64,000 nucleotides of DNA from Myxococcota bacterium (GTDB taxonomy: Bacteria > Myxococcota_A > Polyangia > Nannocystales > Nannocystaceae): positions 128,001-192,000 of the forward strand of contig JBCCHT010000007.1 of the NCBI GenBank assembly GCA_039028615.1. Direction: 5' to 3'. Below, piece by piece: positions 39,119 to 47,355 of the stretch. Every line of letters starts with the position of its first letter. Position 1 is the first letter of the stretch. Under the pieces are notes generated by a model. The model did not search any database, was not told the origin of the DNA, and saw only the letters and a list, made by a program, of their open reading frames with translations. The translations under genes were made by a program, and so were the position numbers.

Positions 39119-39865
39119 CTACGAGTGGATGCCGAACAAGACGGTCAGCGCCGTCCGGTCCCAGCACGACCAGTCGACGCTGTTGCTCACGAACGGGTTC
39201 ATGATCGAGTTGGGGTCCTGGTCCGGCGTCAGATCGACCTTGATCCCCTCGTTCGTCCCGGTATGTGCCAAGCCCATCGAGTGGCCGACCTCGTGCATCA
39301 CCGTATGCACGACCTCGGGGTCGGACATCGTCAGCAGGCGCGTCGCCAACGTGATGGGCGAGCCGGGATCGACATAGGTCCGACCGTTTTGGACATACTC
39401 GATCTCCGGTTCCGTCCCCACGCCGAGATCATCGACGTTGATGATGTCGTGGTCGGGGTTGTGCGTGTCCTGGATCTTGATGTCGATGGAGTGTGCGCGG
39501 CCCCATGGATCCGCGGGACAGTCGCGGTAGTCGTCTTCGACCACGAATCGATAGCGGAGCAGCAGGTGCTCGTCGCTCCATTTCTGAGCGGCTCGAACGA
39601 TGTTGTTGCGCAGCGAGGTGTACTGAGTCTGGGTAATGTCGCCGATGTCTCGGGCCGCGATGACGTCGTTGAGGCCGAGGCAGAGCACCATCTTCGCGCC
39701 GCCCGATAGCCGCGGCAGGTCGACGAACGGCGAATACCGCCGCTGTCGAAAAGTAGAATCCTCGGACACCGCAGCCTCGTCGCAGCCGACGCCCGAGATT
39801 GCGATCAAAGAGGTCAACAGGAGCGCCCGGCGGCGCGATCGCGATCGGCTCGGTTCGATGGTCAT
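39119..39865 (-). CDS. Zinc metallopeptidase lipoprotein (metzincin, M57/M10-like)
   Basis: GVGC lipobox; HEVGHSMGLAHT...DPNSIMN Met-turn; GGGGAG RBS. Confidence 0.85.
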   Translation of the reverse strand: MTIEPSRSRSRRRALLLTSLIAISGVGCDEAAVSEDSTFRQRRYSPFVDLPRLSGGAKMVLCLGLNDVIAARDIGDITQTQYTSLRNNIVRAAQKWSDEHLLLRYRFVVEDDYRDCPADPWGRAHSIDIKIQDTHNPDHDIINVDDLGVGTEPEIEYVQNGRTYVDPGSPITLATRLLTMSDPEVVHTVMHEVGHSMGLAHTGTNEGIKVDLTPDQDPNSIMNPFVSNSVDWSCWDRTALTVLFGIHS

Positions 39866-39975
39866 GAAGTCTCCCCATCGACGTCGCACCATCGACGCCC
39901 GAGGGTCGGCCACTCGTCGTTCCCTCGGGCGGGGCGCGACCGTCGTGTCCTTGGAGTCACCCCGCGCGCCGGGAC

Positions 39976-41457
39976 TTATTCAGTGCGCTCGTCCAGGTGC
40001 GGCACGATGGCGATGAGCAGCATGCTGGGAATCGTGACCACGAAGGTGAGCGCGAAGTAGGGGCCGTAGCCGAGCGCCTCGGCCAGGGTTCCGCTGGCGA
40101 GCCCCGCCAGGAAGAACCCGATGCTCATCAGCGCGGTGAGCAAGGCCATGTGGGCCGCCTTATGGTCGGGATTGCAGCACCGCATGATGTAGACCATGAA
40201 CACCGCCGTCCCCAGGCCCGCGCCGAAGTGCTCGATGGTGATGATGACGGTGATCGTGCCCAGGCCGATCTGCTCTGGCTGCGGCCAGAAGGCGAGCCCG
40301 GCGTAGAGCAGGTTCAGCACGTTCTGGGCGATCACGAAGGGCCAGATCCACCGCCGTAGGCCGTGCTTGGCGATGAGATAGCCGCCCAGCAGGGTCGCGA
40401 CGAAGGTCGACACCATGCCCACCGTGCCGTTGGCGAAGCCATAGGTGGCCAGGCTGACGTCGAGCTCGCGGTGCAGGAAGGGCCAGCGCATCTTCTGGAG
40501 GAAGGACTCGCCCGTCCGAAACAGGAGGACGAAGGCCAGCAGCGCTCGCACCCGCGGCTGGGCGAGGAACACGACGAAGGAGCGCGCGTACTCGGAGTCG
40601 TGGCGGTCGAGCCAGCGCTGCACCCGGGACAGCACGGCCAGCACCGCGAGCATGATGATCAGCAAGCCCAGGCCGATGATGCCGGGCAGGGTCCGAGCGC
40701 TGAGGAAGCCGTCAGACCCCTCCGCCGCGAGCCCCCACCACTCGGTGCCGTAGCCCCACAGGCCCAGCGCCACCGCGATGCCCACGACGAGCAATGCCCG
40801 GGGACTCACCATGCGTCGCAGCAGCTCGGAGATCGGCTTGCCCCGGGCCTCGGGCGCGGGCAAGGCCCACGCGTGGTAGGCCGTCATCGCGATCATGACC
40901 CCCAGCGAGACGAGCCAGGCGATGCGCCACCCCTGGAGATCGGCGAGCACCAGCAGCGGGCCGTTGATGGCCAGCATCGCCAGCCGATACGCGGCCGCCC
41001 GATAGCCGACGTAGCGCGACTGGTCCTCGGGCTCGAGCGCCTCGAGGTAGTAGCCGTCGACCGCGATGTCGTGCGTGGCCGAGCCCATCGCGATGACCAT
41101 GAACACCGCCGCGACGATCCACGCGGGCGTGTCGACGTCGCCGACCGCGGTGAGCACCGCGAGCAGCACGCAGAGGATGACCTCGAAGCCCACCAGCCAG
41201 CGCCGCTTGGTCTCGTACTGATCGACGAAGGGGCCCCACAGAAACTTGAGGTTCCAGGGCAGGTGCAGGATCGCGGTGAGGCCGAGGCTCGACAGGCTCA
41301 GGCCCATCACCGTGAACAAGGCGTCGGCCGCCGAGTTGACGATGGTGTACGGAAAGCCTTCGCCGAAGTACGTGGTCGTGACCCAGGCCCAGGGGCGCTG
41401 CCACCAGCCACCCGGAGTGGGCGCGGGGCTCGGCGAGGACGGGGTCGAAGAAGACAC
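39976..41457 (-). CDS. ampG: AmpG-like MFS permease
   Basis: TTYFGEGFP, LPWNLKFLWGPFVD, SATHDIAVDGYY and AAHMALLTALM. Confidence 0.75.
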   Translation of the reverse strand: MSSSTPSSPSPAPTPGGWWQRPWAWVTTTYFGEGFPYTIVNSAADALFTVMGLSLSSLGLTAILHLPWNLKFLWGPFVDQYETKRRWLVGFEVILCVLLAVLTAVGDVDTPAWIVAAVFMVIAMGSATHDIAVDGYYLEALEPEDQSRYVGYRAAAYRLAMLAINGPLLVLADLQGWRIAWLVSLGVMIAMTAYHAWALPAPEARGKPISELLRRMVSPRALLVVGIAVALGLWGYGTEWWGLAAEGSDGFLSARTLPGIIGLGLLIIMLAVLAVLSRVQRWLDRHDSEYARSFVVFLAQPRVRALLAFVLLFRTGESFLQKMRWPFLHRELDVSLATYGFANGTVGMVSTFVATLLGGYLIAKHGLRRWIWPFVIAQNVLNLLYAGLAFWPQPEQIGLGTITVIITIEHFGAGLGTAVFMVYIMRCCNPDHKAAHMALLTALMSIGFFLAGLASGTLAEALGYGPYFALTFVVTIPSMLLIAIVPHLDERTE

Positions 41458-41504
41458 GCGGGTCGATGATGCCCCAAACCGCGAATTCGCCAAGAAACTG
41501 GCGT

Positions 41505-42806
41505 TCAGCCCCAGGTCGGCAGCGTATGCGACCAGCTGAGCCACGCCGACACCAGCGCGAGCACGACCAGCGCCGCGGCCACCCAGCGCGCGCTCTTCGA
41601 GCCCTGGGCCCAGCGCTGCCACGCCAGCCCCAGGCCGACCGCGAGCAGGGGCATCAGCGGCACCAGGTAGCGGTGGTCCTCGCCCGCTCCGCCGGTCGGC
41701 GTGCGGTGCATGGCCAGCAACACGATCCAGGGCAGCGCGCCCAGCAGCCAGCGTCGCTCGGCGTGCGCGGCGAGCCCGAGCACGCCCACCAGCATCACCG
41801 GGGCCAGCGCGAGCACGCCGGCTCCCTGCCCCAGGCCCCACAGCGACCACGCCCCACCGAGGGCATTGCCCGAGAAGGTGCTGCTGCGCTCGCGGGCGAA
41901 CTCGAAGTTGGCGTGGTGGTCGTAGCCGATGCTCAGCGGCGAGCCGAAGGCTGCATCGTGATAGGCGAAGGTCGCGGCGAGGATCGGCAGCGCCCCGAGC
42001 ACGACCCAGGGCGCCGCGGCGAGCCAGCGCTTGGGGGGCACCGCGCACAGCCCCACGCCGAGCACGAGCAGCCCCACGAGATAGTCGACCGAGCTGGCCC
42101 AGCCTGCGGCGAGGCCCGCCCCGAGCAGCGGCCAGCGATGTACCGCGGGCCAGCTGCCGTCTTCGGCGATGCGCCCGATCCCCGCCTCGAGCCCGAGCAC
42201 CGCCCATACCGCCAGGGCTCCCGCGCTGACATGCGAGAACAGCACGATCGAGTAGGGCCCCCACAGACAGCCCACGCCCAGGGTCATCCCGGCGAACACC
42301 TGAGCGGGTACGGAGAGTTCGCGGCGCCGGAGCAGCAGCACGACCCCCATCACGCCGAAGACGCCCATCGCCGCGCAGTGCACGGCCAGCATCAGCGCCG
42401 TCCCCTGCAAGGTGACCAGGGGCGGCGCGCGTCGGCGCATCCGCTGCACCCGCGCCATGTACGTCTGCACGTAGCGCGGCGCGGCCGGCTGCACCATGAC
42501 CTCTTTTGCCTCGCGGCTGGCCTCGAACAACGCGGGGTCGAGCGCCGATCCGAGGGCGACCGCGGGCGCGGCCAACAACGCCGTGCCGGGCGGGCGATCG
42601 GAGTAGTCCACGCCCGAAAGCCGAGAGCGATCGACCCACAGCGTCAACGCCACGTCTTCACCCAACGCCGTCTCGCCGCGGAGCAGGGCCCGCGACAGCG
42701 CCAGGTGACTGCCGTCGTTGCTGCTCACCAGGCCGGGCGCCGCCCAAAACCACAACACTCCCAGCAGTCCCAGGCACAGCCCCAGGATTCGCCGCGAGTC
42801 GCTCAT
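41505..42806 (-). CDS. GT-C-like polytopic membrane protein
   Basis: SSNDGSHLAL, YSDRPPG..LLA, FSH, FGSPL..GY and RYLVP motifs; many TMs. Confidence 0.65.
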   Translation of the reverse strand: MSDSRRILGLCLGLLGVLWFWAAPGLVSSNDGSHLALSRALLRGETALGEDVALTLWVDRSRLSGVDYSDRPPGTALLAAPAVALGSALDPALFEASREAKEVMVQPAAPRYVQTYMARVQRMRRRAPPLVTLQGTALMLAVHCAAMGVFGVMGVVLLLRRRELSVPAQVFAGMTLGVGCLWGPYSIVLFSHVSAGALAVWAVLGLEAGIGRIAEDGSWPAVHRWPLLGAGLAAGWASSVDYLVGLLVLGVGLCAVPPKRWLAAAPWVVLGALPILAATFAYHDAAFGSPLSIGYDHHANFEFARERSSTFSGNALGGAWSLWGLGQGAGVLALAPVMLVGVLGLAAHAERRWLLGALPWIVLLAMHRTPTGGAGEDHRYLVPLMPLLAVGLGLAWQRWAQGSKSARWVAAALVVLALVSAWLSWSHTLPTWG

Positions 42807-42916
42807 CGTGGATCACGGTATCCCGAATCGATCGGCGCGCAAAGCGGACTCGCGAGCGGTCGTCATCGCGCCCGGCCTGCGCTCCCCGTTCCCGAATTGG
42901 GGTATGGTCCTCCGCC

Positions 42917-43699
42917 GTGCCCGGACCCGACGACGCGATCGTACTCGAACACGTCAGCAAGGCCTTTGGCAGCCACACGGTGCTCGACGACATCAGCCTC
43001 ACGGTGAAAAAGGGCTCCATCACCGTGCTGCTGGGGCCCTCGGGCACGGGCAAGTCGGTGCTGCTGCGCATCCTGGTCGGGCTTTTGCGCCCCGACAGCG
43101 GCCGGGTGTTCGTGGGCGACCAGGACATCGCCGCCCTCGACGAGAGCCGCCATCGCGACCGCAAGAAGCTGTTCCAGGTGCGTCGCAAGTTCGGGATGCT
43201 CTTTCAAGACGGCGCGCTCTTCGACGACATGAACGTCGCGGACAACGTCGCCTTCCCGATGCGCATGCACACCAAGATGCGCGAGGCGGAGATCCAGGCC
43301 AAGGTCGCCGACAAGCTGGCGCGGGTCGGCCTGCCCGGCTCCGAGCACAAGTTCCCCTCCGAGCTTTCGGGCGGCATGCGCAAGCGCGTGGCCTTCGCCC
43401 GGGCCATCGCGCTCGAGCCCGAGATCGTGCTGTGCGACGAGCCCAGCTCCGGCCTCGACCCGGTGATGTCCGCCACCCTCGACGAGCTCATCATGGAGAT
43501 GCACCGCACCCTGGGCATCTCCTTCATCGTCATCTCTCACGACACCGCGGAAGCCCGCACCATCGCCGATACCATCGGGATGCTGGCGGGGGGCAAGCTC
43601 GTGGCCTACGGGCCCAAGGATCAGCTCGAGCACGACTGCCACCCCGCGCTACGCCAATTCTTCGACCGGGCCACCGAAGGTCCGATCCAGGTCGTCTGA
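42917..43699 (+). CDS. mlaF: MlaF/Mkl-type ABC transporter ATPase
   Basis: GPSGTGKS, GMLFQDGALFD, PSELSGGMRKRVAFARA and DEPSSGLDP. Confidence 0.88.
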   Translation: MPGPDDAIVLEHVSKAFGSHTVLDDISLTVKKGSITVLLGPSGTGKSVLLRILVGLLRPDSGRVFVGDQDIAALDESRHRDRKKLFQVRRKFGMLFQDGALFDDMNVADNVAFPMRMHTKMREAEIQAKVADKLARVGLPGSEHKFPSELSGGMRKRVAFARAIALEPEIVLCDEPSSGLDPVMSATLDELIMEMHRTLGISFIVISHDTAEARTIADTIGMLAGGKLVAYGPKDQLEHDCHPALRQFFDRATEGPIQVV

Positions 43700-43700
43700 T

Positions 43701-44735
43701 ATGAACCGCACCCACATCGGGCTGGGCATCTTCGTGCTCGGCACTCTCGGCTTGCTCATCTGGCTCGCGCAGGGCATCGGCGCCCTCGGCAGCGGCGACG
43801 GCGTGCGCTACGAGGTTCGCCTGGAGCACGCGGCCGGCCTGGTCACCAACAACGCGGTCAAGATCGCGGGCGTCGAGGTCGGCAAGATCGAGAAGATCGG
43901 CATCGACCACGACATCGCCGTGCTCACCCTCAAGGTGGACGAAGAGATCGTGCTGCACGACGACGCGGTCGCGATCGTGCGGGCCAAGAGCCTGCTGGGT
44001 GAGAAGTACCTGCAGCTGGAGCCCGGCGACCGCCAGAGCCCCGTGCTGGAGCCCGGCTCCGAGATCGTCAACATCAAGACTCACTTCGAGATCGACCAGG
44101 TGCTCAACGCCCTGCAGCCCCTGCTGGGCGGCGACGAGTCCATCGCCGGGGTGCTGGGGCCGCTGGCGGAGCGCATGGCCAAGCTCATGGACGACGCCAC
44201 GGGGGAGAACGGCAAGCCGCCCATCATCACCCGCGCCGACATCGATCAGCTCGTCGACGACGTGAAGACCACATCGGCCAGCGTCCGTCGCATGACGACC
44301 GAGAACGAGGAAGACCTGCGGGCCATCGTCAAGCGGACCCGTCGGCTCACCGAAGACCCTCGCATCGATCGCATGCTGACCCGCGGGGCGAGCCTCACCG
44401 TCACCCTCGACGATCGACTGCCCGACCTGCTCGATCGCGTCGACCGCTCGCTGGCCAAGCTGGAGAAGCTCGCCGACGTGGTCGACGAAGATCGGGCCGC
44501 GAAGATCGGCACCATCATCGACGACGCCACCGTGGCCATGGCCAACCTGCGCACGCTGTCCAAGGACTTGCAGGGGCTGGGCTCGACCATCGAGCCGCTC
44601 GTCGAAGACATCGCCGCGCTGACCAAGCGCGCCCTGTCGCTCGACGGTCCGACCATCCGCCAGTTCATGCAGAAGGAAGGCGTGAAGGTCTACTTCGGCA
44701 CCAAGGGCGAAGCGGCCAAGGCCATGCGCCCGTGA
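43701..44735 (+). CDS. mlaD: MlaD/MCE-domain protein with helical extension
   Basis: N-terminal TM; AAGL...VKIAGVEVGKI and SLLGEKYLQLEPG. Confidence 0.88.
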   Translation: MNRTHIGLGIFVLGTLGLLIWLAQGIGALGSGDGVRYEVRLEHAAGLVTNNAVKIAGVEVGKIEKIGIDHDIAVLTLKVDEEIVLHDDAVAIVRAKSLLGEKYLQLEPGDRQSPVLEPGSEIVNIKTHFEIDQVLNALQPLLGGDESIAGVLGPLAERMAKLMDDATGENGKPPIITRADIDQLVDDVKTTSASVRRMTTENEEDLRAIVKRTRRLTEDPRIDRMLTRGASLTVTLDDRLPDLLDRVDRSLAKLEKLADVVDEDRAAKIGTIIDDATVAMANLRTLSKDLQGLGSTIEPLVEDIAALTKRALSLDGPTIRQFMQKEGVKVYFGTKGEAAKAMRP

Positions 44736-45109
44736 GCGCTTCGCCGCGCGAGTACTGACAGTTCGAAGTACTCGAGCGCGCCGATGAGCGCAGCGGCGAG
44801 CGGCTTCGCGACCGGTCCAGCGGCCGGCCATCGTTCCTCAGGGAAACCCTGTCCCAAAGCCGCTCCATGCGGTAACTCGCGGCCTTTTGGTCATTGTTAT
44901 CAGTGTTTTCTGTTTCTCAAAACACAACGAGTGCAGTAGGTTGACGGCCAACGAACGCGGACATTGGGTCCCGTTCGACTCGGGTCGGCCTTCCCGATCT
45001 CGACCTCGATCCCGGCGATCGAGGTCGCGCACGGAGGGCCATGCGGAGCGTCGCGCCCACCGATCGAACCCATGGGGGAAGGGTCGCGACGGTCGAAAGA
45101 AGTGTGTCG

Positions 45110-47293
45110 ATGAAGCTACGTAGCCACCCAACCATCCGACTCGGTACTGCCCTGATGAGCCTGTCGCTCGCGCTCGCGTGCTCGGCCGACGGCACGGGCG
45201 AAGAGCTCGAGCTGCTGCAGGACGAGGGCAGCTCGGACGGTGCTCGACCGGAGGGTCCCGACACGCTGACCGCCGACCCCGATGCCGTCAAGCGAGTCGC
45301 GGGCTTCGACGTGACCATCGCCGAGGCGGGTGCGGACATCAGCCTCAGCTGGGGTGGCCTGGGCGCGGGCTTCGACTACGACGTGTGGCGTTCGACCAGC
45401 CCCTACTTCTCGCCGGGAGATCCGGGGTCGACGATGCTCGCGGGCGCCCTGGTGGGCACCGCCTACACCGATGTGGGCGGCAACGACACCACGAGCTACT
45501 ACTACCGCGTCGAGGCCAGCGACGGCACCAACGACTACCAATCGACGCTGGTGGGCAAGTTCGTGCAACCGATGGTCGCGAGCGGGTGGACGCTGCTCGG
45601 CTTCCCCTTGCTGACCAACACCACCCTCGACGCGTCCACGTTGGTGGGCAGCATTCCGGGCGCCACCGAGGCGCTGCGCTGGTACCCCTTCGCCAACTAC
45701 GATCCCACCGACACGTTCCCCAACAACTTCGATTGGGACGCAGGCGAGGCGGTGGCCGTCAACGCGGGCGCGACCGGTCCGAGCACCTTCACCCAGGTCG
45801 GCTACGTCCCCGAGGACACCGACGTCGACCTGGTCTTGGACCCCAACGTGGCCCCGGGCTTCGACGCCAACGTCGTCACCGCCCCGCTTTCGATGGCGGC
45901 CATGACCACCACCGACCTGTTCGCGGCCGAGCCGACGATCTCGCGAATTCGCCAGTGGAACACCGCTACGCAGAGCTTCGACGACATCTACGCCAGCGGC
46001 TGGAGCCCGACGGGCAGCGTCCCCTTCACCATCGATCCGGGCCAGGGCGTGTGGCTGTACACCACCGCCGATACGGTCTGGCCGCTGTGCGAGAACGACC
46101 CCGCCTGGGGTGACCTGCTGTCGGTGGGCCCGACCACCGCGACCGCCCCGGGTGGCTTCTCGACGCTTCCCCCGGCGATGGCGATGGCCGAGGACGGCAG
46201 CTACGTCATCGCGTGGACCGACGAGACCGACTTCCGCGTCTGGGCGCAGCGCTTCGGAGCCGACGGCCTGCCGCTGGCCCCCGCCGCTGCGATGTCCGAC
46301 GTGGGGCAGTTCGTCAACGAGGGGCCGGCCGTCGCGATGGCGGCCGACGGCAGCTTCGTCGTCGCCTGGACGCCCACCAACCAGGGCACCTTTGCCACCT
46401 ACGCGCGGGTCTTCGATCCGGCCGGCGTCGCGACCACGCCCACCATCACCGCCAGCCCGCTGGGCACTCACTTCGTGACCGGCACGCCCTCGGTGGCGAT
46501 GGACGACGACGGTGACTTCGTCGTCACCTGGACCAAGGTGGGCACCTCGCCCTTCGCTCCCTTCTCGCAGCGCTTCGCCGCCGACGGTACGCCGCAGGGC
46601 ACCTTCTTCCAGGTCTCCGATCCCTCGGACTTCGTGACCGGCCAGACCGCCACCGCGATGGACGAAAACGGCGACTTCGTCGTCGCCTGGACCTCGGTGG
46701 GCGTGCCTCCCTTCGCCCCCTTCGTGCGGGTCTACGCCGCCGACGGCACCCCGCTCACCGGCCCCGTGCAGGTCAGCGACGTGGGCACCTTCTCCACCGA
46801 CGGCGCGGCGGTGGACATGGCCGCCGACGGCAGCTTCGTGGTCGGGTGGCGAGACGGCTCGGACTTCTTGATCCGTGCCCGCACCTACGACGCCACGGGC
46901 ACGGCCACCAGCCTGCCGATCCCCGTCAACCCGGTGGGGACCTTCGCGGGCGAGGACTTCGACGTCTTCGGCGACGGAGCACGGCCGAGCCAAGGCGTGG
47001 CGATGTTCGACGACGGCACCTTTGCCGTCACCTATCGCGCCTTCGACAACGGCGACGAGGATGCGTACCTGGCCCGCTTCGCTGCCAACGGCATACCGTT
47101 CATGGCCCCCGAGAACATCTCGCCCGTACCCGGTCAGTACTACTCGATCCCGCGCGTCGCGGCCGAGGGCTGCCGGGGCGACTTCGTCGTGGGCTGGGCG
47201 AACTGGCAGGCCCCCTTCGCTCCGCAGCACCTGCTCCAGCTGTCCGACGACGACTCCGACGGCACCGCGGATCAGTGCTGCTCGCTGCCCTAG
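45110..47293 (+). CDS. Large lipoprotein: FN3-like domain plus C-terminal repeat beta-propeller
   Basis: ALAC lipobox; YDVWRST..YTD..YYYRVEA; ~7 repeats of P.VAM..DG.FVV.W. Confidence 0.78.
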   Translation: MKLRSHPTIRLGTALMSLSLALACSADGTGEELELLQDEGSSDGARPEGPDTLTADPDAVKRVAGFDVTIAEAGADISLSWGGLGAGFDYDVWRSTSPYFSPGDPGSTMLAGALVGTAYTDVGGNDTTSYYYRVEASDGTNDYQSTLVGKFVQPMVASGWTLLGFPLLTNTTLDASTLVGSIPGATEALRWYPFANYDPTDTFPNNFDWDAGEAVAVNAGATGPSTFTQVGYVPEDTDVDLVLDPNVAPGFDANVVTAPLSMAAMTTTDLFAAEPTISRIRQWNTATQSFDDIYASGWSPTGSVPFTIDPGQGVWLYTTADTVWPLCENDPAWGDLLSVGPTTATAPGGFSTLPPAMAMAEDGSYVIAWTDETDFRVWAQRFGADGLPLAPAAAMSDVGQFVNEGPAVAMAADGSFVVAWTPTNQGTFATYARVFDPAGVATTPTITASPLGTHFVTGTPSVAMDDDGDFVVTWTKVGTSPFAPFSQRFAADGTPQGTFFQVSDPSDFVTGQTATAMDENGDFVVAWTSVGVPPFAPFVRVYAADGTPLTGPVQVSDVGTFSTDGAAVDMAADGSFVVGWRDGSDFLIRARTYDATGTATSLPIPVNPVGTFAGEDFDVFGDGARPSQGVAMFDDGTFAVTYRAFDNGDEDAYLARFAANGIPFMAPENISPVPGQYYSIPRVAAEGCRGDFVVGWANWQAPFAPQHLLQLSDDDSDGTADQCCSLP

Positions 47294-47355
47294 GCCGCGG
47301 CTCGTAGACACCGAAGCCTCGCCCATCGCTCGCCCAGTCGGGATAGACTGCGGGG

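Noticed and set aside
39976..42639. 887-aa ORF suggesting a long N-terminal extension on AmpG
   Set aside because: The extension is Arg/Gly/Ala-rich off-frame translation overlapping the real 41505-42806 gene; AmpG-like sequence starts near 41457
44749..44774. CGAGTACT-N10-AGTACTCG inverted repeat after mlaD
   Set aside because: Short with no U-tract; cannot distinguish terminator, operator or chance
44835..44890. CAGGG-AAA-CCCTG hairpin followed by CAAAGCC, reminiscent of a c-di-GMP-I riboswitch
   Set aside because: Lacks the GGCAAACC/GACGCAAAG core and the tetraloop receptor
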